DNA of 64,000 nt from Owenia fusiformis (lineage: Eukaryota): NCBI GenBank assembly GCA_903813345.2, contig CAIIXF020000001.1, forward strand, positions 27,528,001-27,592,000. The letters are read 5' to 3'. Positions within the stretch are counted from its first letter, which is position 1. Every line of letters starts with the position of its first letter. A program made the translations under genes and the position numbers. A model generated the notes under the pieces. That model had not been told where the DNA came from. It saw only the letters and a list, made by a program, of their open reading frames with translations, and did no database searches. Shown here piece by piece: positions 53,601 to 64,000 of the stretch.

Positions 53601-55330
53601 GCATATGTATCAGCAGCAAACTTCCCTGTGCTTCTTCTCTTGCTGTTCCTCTATGGGTAAGTAAACAAATCAGAGGCTGCACCTTTGTTTCATAAATGGG
53701 CTTAACTTCTATTTTATCATAAACACTCAGTTCTCAGTTCTCGGCTCCATAGTCTTAATTTTGTTTCAAATTTCAATAGATGGCTTTAAATTGTTTTGAT
53801 ATAATTTTTACAGAACATTTATCACTTATAATTACTTTCAGCTGGTCCATAGTGCCGATGATGTACCCTGCCTGTTATGTATTTGAAGTTCCCAGCTCTG
53901 CCTTTGTTGGCTTGTCCTGCATCAACGTATTCCTTGGCTTCACCTCCACCATTGCCACCTTCACTCTACAGCTCTTCAATGATGATGTGAGTAGATGGAG
54001 ATTCATTTAGTGAAGAAAGCTTACTTTCAATGTCATACATGACAATGTTCAAAAGCATCAAGTATGACTCAAATCCCCAAAATTTCTGGATTTCATTATG
54101 GGTACTGACCAGACCTCATGATACCGTCAGTTTTAGCAGTGATATTACAGCTAGGGGGGAGGGTTATATGTGTTAGGAACTCGGCAATATGACCAGCTCA
54201 GCAAATATCCTAAAATGCTCAGGGGTAGGTCAAGCTCTGGATAATAAACCTTGTTTATGCATGCTATCTGCGGTTATGGAGAAATGATTATGAAAATAGA
54301 TTTTAAATCATTGTTTATTCTGGCTTAATCTAGTGAAGTAATTTGAAAGAGTAATGTCACTTCCTAATGTGTTATTCAATGTTGCAGGAGTTGACAAATA
54401 TCAACAACATTCTGATGCAAGTGTTCCTTGTTCTCCCTCACTATTGCTTAGGGAGAGGGCTGTTTGATCTCACAAGGAACCAACTGCAGTCAGATATTCT
54501 AGCCCAATATGGTAAGAAGTTATTATCTTTTATGGCCATGACCAACAAATATAAACAATATAGCACCAACATATCTCAGTCCATGAATTCTTGACTTTTA
54601 TTATTTACTATTCAAAATCTCATTTCATTGTGCATGCGCATTGTCCATTTTTATCTCTCGTATAGTATGGGATTTTCAATACCATGTGATGAGTTAGTAT
54701 GTAAAGTTTAATTATAACTGTTGTTGTTTAGCTCAACCTTAAATTGTTGGTATTAAGCCCATCACTACATTTGTATTTTGCCATCACATTGAAATAAAAT
54801 GATGGATTGTATCATTGCAGGGGAGAGTAGTTTTACAGACCCATTTAAGTGGGACCTTGTTGGGAGGAACCTTTGTTGTATGGCTATACAGGGGGTGGTA
54901 TTCTTTGCCTTTAACTTACTCCTCCAGTACAGATTCTTCTGCAGTCCAAGGTAAGTTAGTTAATATCAGAATCTAGGTTGCAACCAGTGTTATTTATGAA
55001 TCAAAGCCAGGACAGTTTTCATTGAATTGTGAACATCTTTGGAAATGGTTAACAAGCGTGCAGAAGCAATATTGACATCTTATAGTAAAGGAAGTCCATC
55101 CAAAATTGTTTGGATGAAAATAAAATTGTTCATTGTTCCTATATACATGCACCTTTAACCATGTACTTGATCAATGATCTTACTCATTAATTAACCTTTT
55201 TTCTTGCAGGTTTATCAAACCTAGAGAGACTAATTTAGATGATGAAGATGAAGATGTGGCTCGTGAAAGGCAAAGAGTTATCACAGGAGGAGCCAATGAT
55301 GACATGTTGAGAATTGAAGAGCTTACAAAG
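26692..55330 (+). CDS. ABC transporter subfamily A (ABCA1/4/7-like lipid transporter), 3'-incomplete in this window
   Basis: Phase-consistent exons: 26692-26757, 27693-27786, 28345-28486, 29199-29332, 29607-29734, 29925-30140, 31006-31092, 31544-31720, 38670-38781, 38983-39122, 39595-39711, 39906-40061, 40288-40381, 40740-40857, [41221-41397 or 41823-41999], 42295-42517, 42984-43205, 43393-43597, 43879-44019, 44165-44342, 44678-44809, 45087-45226, 45530-45667, 45828-45943, 46239-46388, 46608-46713, 47727-47944, 48200-48284, 49292-49417, (49907-49936), 50137-50294, 50764-50912, 51090-51194, 51376-51618, 51856-52051, 52279-52448, 52771-52948, 53541-53656, 53842-53986, 54388-54511, 54821-54950, 55210-55330. 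Motifs: [40 protein letters not shown], Walker [10 protein letters not shown], signature LSGGMKRKL, Walker [62 protein letters not shown]. Confidence 0.95.
32455..37754 (-). CDS. GGT: Gamma-glutamyltranspeptidase / glutathione hydrolase (GGT1-like); 12 exons, nested antisense in an ABCA intron
   Basis: Exons 37754-37647, 37358-37210, 37044-36922, 36470-36373, 36083-35891, 35550-35390, 34987-34835, 34495-34359, 34048-33861, 33625-33385, 33165-33052, 32610-32455. N-terminal signal anchor, [42 protein letters not shown], catalytic [38 protein letters not shown]. Confidence 0.92.
38421..38587. mobile_element. Small pogo/Tigger-type MITE
   Basis: aagtaaagcctgtcttagtgaacacc ... ggtgttcactatacacaggttttactg; same terminal type as 17521-18941. 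Confidence 0.6.
40403..40527. repeat. About 24-bp minisatellite, about 5 copies
   Basis: cagctataaagctctctcattggY repeated. Confidence 0.9.
41221..41397 (+). CDS. ABCA alternative exon 15a (177 nt, phase 2-2)
   Basis: ctctag|ATTTTGG...GATAC|gtgagt; encodes (R)[58 protein letters not shown](T). Confidence 0.9.
41823..41999 (+). CDS. ABCA alternative exon 15b (177 nt, phase 2-2), paralogous to 15a
   Basis: ccccag|CTTTTGG...GATAC|gtaagt; encodes (S)[58 protein letters not shown](T). It is absent from the supplied ORF track. Confidence 0.88.
45989..46095 (+). other. tRNA-like (pseudo-tRNA) core enclosed by a 17-bp inverted repeat
   Basis: A box tagctcagtggtaga and B-box-like gtgttcaatccc at 46008-46078; flanks gatgtggaaaaggcagt / actgtctttttcacatc. 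The stems are too mismatched for a confident tRNA gene call. Confidence 0.5.
46956..47702. mobile_element. 747-bp palindromic Tc1/mariner-type MITE
   Basis: ta|cagggtgttaaaaaaaacgcaacccaaagaaa ... tttctttgggttgcgttttttttgaacaccctg; the arms pair almost to the centre at about 47330. Confidence 0.85.
48683..48778 (+). other. Candidate alternative ABCA exon (96-nt cassette, or terminal exon to the stop at 48813)
   Basis: Acceptor tttccccag in the correct phase (1); open frame [32 protein letters not shown]; weak donor G|gtgatt at 48779. Confidence 0.45.
48958..49107. mobile_element. Small MITE related to 22063-22246
   Basis: TIR catgggcgtagcgct ... agcgctacgcccat. Confidence 0.65.
50541..50697 (+). 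mobile_element. Short HINE-family copy (other fragments near 25432-25531 and 62813-62874)
   Basis: ttatgtctccaccagaagtgttgacgtattgttat ... aaatggcagg...ttttgcatgttaaagcctt. Confidence 0.55.
53105..53510. repeat. Dispersed repeat, copy 2, with nested hairpins
   Basis: Matches 3325-3625. Internal inverted pairs are ttattccataa/ttatggaataa and aggttattt...gggattgaatat / atattcaatcc...aaataacct. Confidence 0.8.
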
Positions 55331-56565
55331 GTTAGTGTTTCACCTTGCATAAAAATTGAGAAATGTGAATAACATTGCATCATCTTCCCATTTCCAACAA
55401 TCAGTTTGAAACCTTTTTGAATTTTTCCCATATTTTTAAAGATTCGCAGTTCAAACAGTTCACATTTTAAACTATTCACATTTTTCACATCTCCAAAGTT
55501 TCATATTTTAAACAGGGCCTACACCTTTAGTGATGAAAATCACATTATATAGATGTCTCCACCTTCCTGTATTTAAGCAGAAAGTGGAGGCTAATACTCT
55601 GCTCAATAGTCAGGAATATTTAGGTGAAAATATTTCAAAAATATATAGAAGCAATTTTAAGGTGGATTTCAAAACTTCATACCATTCTTTTGAAAACCTG
55701 AAGTGGCACCAAGCAATCCATTGACTTTTTCACCAAAAATCCAAGATGGCCGCCACGATGTATCGAAAAATCATAAAAATTGACTAAAGTTGTAATTTAA
55801 TAAGTCAAAATAGTTGTATACTGATCAAACATGACTAATAATAGTACCTATTAGATGTTCATATGCAGTTAAAGTCACTGGATCATTTTTGTATGAAAAC
55901 TGGAGTCCCACAAGGCTCAATTTTATGTCCGCTACTTTTTTTGTCTAATGACTTGCATTGACCATGGCATTTGCACATAGCAGTGGATACTTATCCATTT
56001 TTGAAATGTAAGCACCCAGGACCACATTTCACCGTGCACCCATACTTGACCAATGCTTGGCATGCCTTGGCTGCTTGAGGAAGGGATGTCAATAGTGGCA
56101 CCAGTAGAGACATGTCATACTTCCAGCCCCATGTTGTGAACTCCTATACCAATTTTAGATGGAGATTGTACAGTTGCCCTCAAACAATACCACCTTGGTT
56201 AGCAAGTTCTTAAGATTTTCTGAGCAAGGCCTCCTTTTGTTGGTTGTATTCTGTCAATGACTGTATGGCCGCCACAGAACATTAGTCTTCGTGCTGCATT
56301 GATATCTATCTGGTTGCTGGTTCGATCATATAATAGAACAGTAAAACAGTCTAGGGACTGAATGGTCTGAATTTACAAAACCAGGTTTGTTGTAAGCATT
56401 TGTGCCACTCTTTTGTAGAAAAGCTGGAGTAACTTCCTTGAACACATTCCATAGCTTGAAGGCAGATCCTTTGCTATGGCCAAAGAATGATGCAGTTAAT
56501 ATAATTTAATATCTGTAATTTTTGAGAGGTTCGAAGGCAATCCAGATTGACACTTATTGGGCCTT

Positions 56566-56879
56566 AATTATTATTATTATATCTTGGTTACCGCCATATT
56601 TGGCGAGCAATAGCTCATTGGTATATTCTGTACTTTACATATTTTACATTCGAAGACAGAGCCAGAAACCCCTCCTTGGAGGAGCCCTGTGTTCTTTTGT
56701 GTGCACAGGTACACAGACATACAGGTACACACCACAGCCTTTTATACGAGTCGCGAACCACTCAGTCAAACACCCAGAATTACATGACGCACAAACAAAC
56801 TTGTCTGAACCGGGAATCGAACCCGGAGCCAAGCGATATTGGTAACCTTGACTCTGCCACTGAGCCATAGCGGGTGGAC
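56566..56879 (-). mobile_element. tRNA-derived SINE, central region resembling the Meta/MESC domain
   Basis: Minus strand: A box tggctcagtgg, B box ggttcgattcc, core taaaaggctgtggtgtgtac...ctgtgcacacaaaagaac, (AAT)n tail. It is absent from the mirror arm at about 58065-58090. Confidence 0.8.
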
Positions 56880-58578
56880 TAATGCTGCAGCCATGGCAAG
56901 AACTACTACATCAGTATCTCCACTTCTGATTATGAAGTCTTTTTTTCCCTCTGAGGTCATCTGTTTTACATGAACAAAGAGTCTAGTGTCAACTTCTTCA
57001 TGAGTACAAGGTTCAATCATTGCTGTATCTGGCAAGTGAGGAAATCACTGAACAGATTCCACAATAGTAGTTATCATTTGCTTGTCATTTACATCAACCT
57101 CAAAAATAGAGTTGGCCAGGAATGCTAACAGCTCAGTCTTGTTCTGGCCATTTCTTAGAAAGCCTAGCCAATTCTTGGGCATCGGATTCTCTGCATAACC
57201 CATCCAGTGCCACGATGAATCCTTGTCAGGGACTTCCCACTGTTTTGTTGGTAGACATCCCAGATAGCATCTAATCTTGAAACACCTTCCATAAGCTGCC
57301 TTAACTTGGGATGAGACATTGGTAGCATATTCTTGGAAGTTGGTAGCCACACCAGGACGCATCACATAGACCAGAAGGGTGCCAACTATTAAAATTGCAT
57401 CTGCAGGTTTTTTCCAATACTTCAGATCCATCTGGCTTAGCTTCTCAACATTTAAGTAAGTCTGCTTCTGTTGTAGGTCTCATGGCTCCATGCTTAGCTA
57501 GGGATGGCCTGAACTCATGTTTTTCATGTTTGAAAAACTCAGACATGTCAACGTGTCTTGATTGGCATCCCGTCATCCCTAGCTAAGCACAGAGCCATGT
57601 GACCTACGACAGACTTACTTAAATGTCTAGAAACTGGTCCTTTCATCCCAAGTTAAGGTAGCTTATGGAAGGTGTTCCTAGATGTTGTCTGGAATGTTTA
57701 CCTACAAAACAGTGACAAGTCCCTAACAAGGATTCATTGTGGCACTGGTACTAGAAGGATAGTTTATGCAGAGAATGTGATGCCTAAGAATTGCCCAGCT
57801 TTTCTAACAATCAACGGAACAAGACTAGGCTGTTTGCATTCCTGCTCTATGTCTGAGTTTGATGTTAATGACAAGCAAATGATAACTTCTATTGGAGAAT
57901 CTATTCAGTGCTTTCCTCAATTGCCAGATACAGCAATGATTGGACCTTGTACTCATGAAGAAACTGACACAAGACTCTTTGTTCATATAAAACATGACCT
58001 CAGAGGGTAAAATACTTCACAATCAAAAGTTGAGATACTGATGTACTTGCTCTTACCATGGCTGCAGCATTTAAGGGCGTAATAAGTGTCAATCTGGATT
58101 GTCTTCAGACCTCTCAAAAATTACAGGTATTAAATTATATTATATTAGCTTCACCATTCTTTGGCCATAGCAAAGAATACCACCAACAAAAGGAGGCCTT
58201 GCTCAGAAAATCTTAAGAACTTGCTAACCAAGGTGGTATTGTTTGAAGGCAACTATACAATCTCCATCTAAAATTGGTATAGGAGTTCACAACATTGGGC
58301 TGGAAGTGTGACATGTCTCTACTGGTGCCACTTTTGACATCCCTTCCTCAAGCAGCCAAGGCATGCCAAGCATTGGTAAAGTATGGGTGCAAGGTGAAAT
58401 GTGGTCCTGGGTGCACACATTACAAAAATGGATAAGTATCCACTGCTATGTGCAAATGCCATGGTCAATGCAAATCATTAGACATAAAAAGTAGCGGACA
58501 TAAAATTGAGCCTTGTGGGACTCCAGTTTTTATACAAAAATGATCCAATGAATTTAAATGCATATGAACAACTTATAG

Positions 58579-59231
58579 TAGTGGTCGGACTCGCCAGAAA
58601 ATCTCCACTCGAGTGGGCCATGAAAAACCACGATTATATTCGCGATTTGACTTAGTTGAGTTACTTCCGGTTTCAGTTTCCCAATTAGCGGCAGAATTCA
58701 TCAATTTGATCAAGTCTTTCAAGTGTCTCTATACTTTTTATTGTCTAAATCGTATTGCACATCCCTATAGATCGTTAAAGTTCACCCCTAGTCCCCTATA
58801 GATAGTAAAACTTACCGGATAAGTAGTGAAAACAAACTTCGTCAATCCAGAAAGTTCCAGGATGCACCGCGGTAGACAAATTTTAAAATTCCCGGCTGTT
58901 GGATATTCCCAGAATGCATCAAAGCGGAAATGAAACTTTTGCATAAAAATAACGAACGCAGAATAAAATCCAAGTATGTTTGTCTTCCGCACATGGCATT
59001 AAATAGAAAATAAGTTGTATTCTATACAGATAAAGCAGAATATTACAACTATAAGCATGGAAATAGCGAATAGGAGAGATGAATCGCGAGTCAAGGTAAG
59101 GTGAAAACGAGTGAAAAATATTTTTTTGGTAGAAATTTCAAATCGTGAGTTCAAGTTTTCAACTCGATCAATTGATTTTTAGGACAAATGCGAGTAAAAC
59201 TCGAGTACACGAGTCAGTCTTCCAACCACTA
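58579..59231. mobile_element. Non-autonomous hAT-like element, 653 bp, with an 8-bp TSD
   Basis: acttatag|tagtggtcgga ... tccaaccacta|acttatag. The corresponding empty site is present in the mirror arm at about 55845-55865. Confidence 0.85.
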
Positions 59232-60387
59232 ACTTATAGGTACTATTATTAGTCATGTTTGATCAGTATACAACTATTTTGACTTATTAAATTACAACTT
59301 TAGTCAATTTTTATGATTTTTCGATACACTGTGGTGGCCATCTTGGATTTTTGGTGAAAAAGTCAATGGATTGCTTGGTGCCACTTCAGGTTCTCAAAAG
59401 GATGGTATGAAGGTTTGAAATCCACTTTAAGATTGCTTCTATATATTTTTGAAATATTCTGTGAACTTATCTCCTATTCAAACCCGACTACAAGGAGTAT
59501 AGCCGGGTGTGAAATTGTCAATTACAATAAAGTGTTACAAGGTGATGTTTTTGATAACAACCCACCTACACATTATTCTATCCTTTCTATGGTTAATTTT
59601 TGATCTATTTGACTTCAGCGGATTAAGTAGTTTACATTGTCTCATAAATCAGTTTCCACAGTTTGAAATGTATATCCTTAAATGAGTGAATATATTCTCA
59701 GTGACAAATTCTTTCATTTGTTTCCTACGGTATTAATGTAAAAATAATCCATTTCATATAATGTCCTTGTAATTAGACCTGCCTCTAGAAATGTGCAGAT
59801 ATTACAATAAGTCCATCTTGGTGAAGTGTGTCAATGATAGACGTCATTGAGTTCTTCTCTGCAGGGTGTTTTATAATGGCTATAGACATATAGGTCAGAT
59901 TTGTGTCCCACAATTGAATGTGAAGGACCTTATTTAAGACTTTTTTTTACCTTTAAAGGGGTGGTAGGGAACATATTGCAAATGATATAATTTTTGTTAT
60001 ATTTAATTGAAAGTATAGTTTTTATACATTAGTGAAAAATGAAGCATTTTCTTAGACAGCAGATATTTTAACATAACTTCCAATGCAAAAGTAATTGTTC
60101 AGAATAATAATTCTTTTATTATTGTCTTTTCACAATTTGCCTTGAGTGCAATAAATGGAATATTTGAATACAATAATTATTTTGAAATAGAACACTACCC
60201 TTCAAGCTATTTTGAATATCAAATGACACTAATGTTTATCTTGGACTTTAAAGTTGACACAACAAACAATACTATGAGCACAATAAGTCAAAATAAAGAA
60301 TGTACAGTGTACTTTGGAATTGAAAATACCCATTCAAATACATCAGATAGATCATTATAAGTACAGGAGTCTTTTGAAGAACTACTG

Positions 60388-60722
60388 TTAAATCATTGCT
60401 GGCCAAAGCTATTTTTGGAAGTTTTCTGCTGGCAATTTTGATGGAAAACTAAGCAAAATCGCATGTTTTTACATTAGCATAAAATAGTCTGTATCAACAC
60501 CCTATGCGCTAAGTTATATGCCATTTATGAAGCCAATGACAAAATACTTCAATTGCACCCTACCAGGTTCCCCAAGTGACCACTAGAATATTTGGTAAGA
60601 TAACTGGTACAGATTATATGACAAAATATACTGGACAGCACCCCGAGATATCTCGGGGTTAGTCACATACGATTATGATGTCATAGACGAAATATCTCGG
60701 GTTTGGTCAGCAATTAGTTGAA
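60388..60722. mobile_element. Possible piggyBac-type MITE
   Basis: ttaaatcattgctggccaaa ... tttggtcagcaattagttgaa, with the subterminal palindrome ccccgagatatctcgggg. Confidence 0.4.
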
Positions 60723-63700
60723 AGAATGAAAATCAAGATTGAAAATGATCTGATTATGAGCTGTGCATTACTTACAGAATTGATGTTAATTGTTCCAGTG
60801 TAGGTGTGTCAAGGCATACTTTTGACAATGAATAAAATAAGCAGGGCTTGTAAAAAGTTTTCAAAATTTAAGTTATAGGGTGTTCAACTTATTCGGGTCA
60901 GGTGTTGTATTCTCAGGGAATATCCTTAAAGAGAAACTAAACCAATAGCCTGAAGCTACTTTGTTATTGTCATAGAAATTAAGTGATTTCTGATTTATAT
61001 CAAGAGCACTTCAATCCTTCATATTATTTCTAATAAATATGATAATTGGACACATTTTATGAGCTCATTTTTAGATTTATACACTTTTCTGTCATGTTCA
61101 ATAACAAGTGCTATTCTATTTGTTTCCTTTTACCCCTACTTACACACTTCTTTGTTTAATTCTAATTCTTGTTTGTAAATCTCACAAAAAATTCATGTCA
61201 GGTTATCAAGTACTACAATGAGTGAAAGTAGAAAACAATGTATGAAAGTATAGCTTCTGGGAAGAGTAATTGTAATGAATGTACAGTATTTATATTTACA
61301 ATTCATTTAGGAAAGTAGGGAGACATTTCATTTTATGTCCTTAGTTACGCTGATGTTAATAACATCATCCCCTTGCAGATGCCAGTCCATTTATGGTAGT
61401 TATGGCCATATATAGTCATTGTGAATAACTCAGAGTAACTGAGTTCATTTCGCAAAGGATGAGTCTGGGAATGAGTCTGGGTATCGACTTAGAAAATATT
61501 GAAAACTGTAATGTCTGAAAAACCAACTCAATCACACATATTATTAAACTTCAATATCTTATCCTTCTTCTGAGATTACAAAAATATCAATTTGTATCAC
61601 AATTGATGAAGAATATTGGCATCAAAGACAGTGCATATCACTTTGTCAAAAATGAAAAAAATCAATGGCAAATATTAAATAAATGAATTATTTATACAAA
61701 AAGTTCGAAACATATCCTCCAAAACATTGGTTACTTTCTTTGTATAGCCATTGAATGGTATTTCTGGATAAGTGAATTGGTGTTTATCTGGGTAATCAAG
61801 GGATTATAGTCACTCAAAGTTACTGAGCATCCAGTTTTGAGACTTCAGTTGTGTTGGTGAAGTTACACATATTTCAGTCTAATTCATGCTGAGCACAACA
61901 TTTTGGTTTCAATTTTATAATCTCCATACATGACCCTGATGATGAAGAGTCAGAATCAGTCGAAAAACCTAAACCGGAAAACTGTGCTCATTGTGAAAAC
62001 TAAAAGTGAAGCAACTTTTTTTCTGATATTCCTTACATCAAATGGCAGCCATCTTGTTTTTCCCCCTTCAAATTAAACTGGCGGGAAATTCAAAAATTTG
62101 AAAATTTTTTATTATCCTTAAATATATTTCAAAAATTTGATTTTCTTTTTAATTCTTCTTGGGTCTTAAGTTATTTCTTCTTTGTATGTCATACATGTTG
62201 CCATTAGTGTTCTTTTCTATGACAATGACTATTTTTTGGTTTGTTAAGATACTTATTCTGGCTCTCAGCAGGAGGTTAATTATGCATCAAAACTTGTGAA
62301 AAAGTAAATATACTTATCAAATATAACTAGGACAGTAATAAAAACCATATTTCACATACATTTGACTGAGGGACCAAAAGGGCATATACCCGGACACATC
62401 CTTTACGAATTTGTGTACAATTGTTCTGTCTGAAAGAAATTATTTTTATATAATGTATGGAAACGTATTAAACATATTAAATAACCAGCAATGACATTAG
62501 TTTTGTGATAATAACATCCCTTATAAGTATTTATTACAGGTCATGTAGACCTTTTTTGCGTGATTAAGAACAAAAACATTGACATTTGCTCGTTGGTGAC
62601 GATGCACCTTTTTTAATTGATCTCGTATCTTAGAACGGTGTCAGTTCTCCAAGAAGACCTTACATATTAAACGTGTCTTGCGCCTGTTCTTTAGTAATTC
62701 AATTGTGCACTTTCTCTTGAAAAAATAAATCTTTCAGATTTGTTGAATTTTCTCGCAGAAATCGCCTACTCCCTCTCTATCCATTTTGTCTGCTTACCAG
62801 GTGTGATTGTGATTGGTGGTTGGCAGCTGTAACAAATGGCATGTGGTTACATTTTGCATGTTAATGTCTTGTTTCATTTGTATCTTGCTCATATTTTAGT
62901 ACAACTTTTAGTACAACTTCATAGTTTACAGATCGTTTTTTCACGATAAGTACACCTCGATCATTGGATATCCAAAATACATGTAGCCTCAACAATGGGC
63001 TAAGACCTTAGAGTATCAATTATGCCAAAATTTCTACTTGATTTCTACAATGGTATTAATTTTGTAACTTTAACAAATGGCATTATTTTGCTTAAACGTT
63101 TGCAGCACAACATTTTTCTGTATTAATGTTTCCTAAAAACCAAACTGTACAGATTTGAACTGAAACATACTGACCGATGCCTAAGAATCAAAATACACTA
63201 CCATTTTGGTACAACGTTGAAGCCCTAATTCAATCCCTCTGACAACCTGTACAACCATTTTCTATTGGTTTCTTATTAATAATGAGTAAAAGTCAATGCA
63301 CTGAAGAAAAATGAACAAAAGAAGGAAATCTAATAATTGTTCAACAAATACAGTTGTCTGGGTGATTAACTTGGATAGAGTACCAGTAAATATTAAGTAA
63401 AGGTTTTTTAATGTTCTAATATGAAAAACGCATCAATGAATAAGACCTGGAGAAATTATTGAGGTTTAAAGTCAGATGAGAATATTCTGTGTCCAAGGAT
63501 TATATTGAATCTAAATAATATCCCTGTGTGGATTTCACAAGAGATTTTTCTCAAATTGTGGTATCATACTACAGTTATTTGAACAACCCTGATATAGAAA
63601 TGTCCGGAGCTGGTCAAATATTTGAGTCTTCACCTTTCCAAATTCTCAACAAACATATTTCACATCACTTAAAGGCACACCATTGGGTTAATGATTTGGA

Positions 63701-64000
63701 CACCATTACACTTAAAATGTTAAATAATCCACCATAGTACACGGAATTCATTACAAAAAATGGCCCTTATGATTTTGGATGGAACAAATCGTGAATTTTA
63801 TTTTAGTGGATCTGTGAACCATTTAAAACATTTTTATCCGCATGTACAAAGTTCTAGAGCTGTTTTTGGGGAGAAAATTGATTTTGTACCCCCTACCCAT
63901 AATTTTCAGAGGGGTAAAATTTCAAAAAATTATAATAAAATAATCCTCCTTGATTCTGGGGAATCTTATGTTGCCACAACCTAAATATGTTATATTTTAG

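Larger units (their letters stand above)
55629..59458. mobile_element. 3.8-kb foldback made of two inverted 3' portions of an Academ(X)-like DNA transposon; coding remnants are pseudogenised
   Basis: The arms 55629-57314 and 57643-59458 are reverse complements apart from one insertion each. Remnants include SEFFKHE...PSL, HEEVDTRLFVH...IRSGDTDVVVLA (XPG/PIN-like acidic motifs) and a terminal Cys cluster ACQALVKYGCKVKCGPGC...MCKCHGQC, with stops and frameshifts. The superfamily assignment comes from motif recall, not a search. Confidence 0.7.

Noticed and set aside
56766-58010. ORFs with HEExDTR motifs as a functional nuclease gene
   Set aside because: They are broken by stops and frameshifts in both arms, so they are treated as transposon remnants.

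Overview
AT-rich, intron-dense eukaryotic DNA, probably from a marine invertebrate (the repeat types suggest a lophotrochozoan; the species cannot be determined). Five protein-coding genes were reconstructed by hand from GT-AG splice sites and reading-frame continuity: a single-ORF class A GPCR (-), a 9-exon papain-family (C1A) cysteine protease (+), a 5-exon MPV17-like 2 gene (-), a large ABCA1/4-like lipid transporter (+, 41 coding exon positions in the window, NBD2 not reached), and a 12-exon gamma-glutamyltranspeptidase nested antisense in one ABCA intron. The best novelty candidate is a tandem pair of intact 177-nt exons in ABCA, probably mutually exclusive. They encode alternative versions of the ECD1 segment leading into TM2, and exon choice switches the junction codon between Arg and Ser. 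ABCA also has a furin-like RRRKKR site in ECD1 and extra in-frame exons in its linker. The protease lacks the canonical C22/C63 pair and carries a Cys-rich insertion. Introns hold many foldback/MITE elements, a Helentron-type element carrying a satellite, and a 3.8-kb palindrome made of Academ-like transposase remnants with a SINE and a hAT element inserted in opposite arms. All splicing and functional claims are inferences from sequence only.
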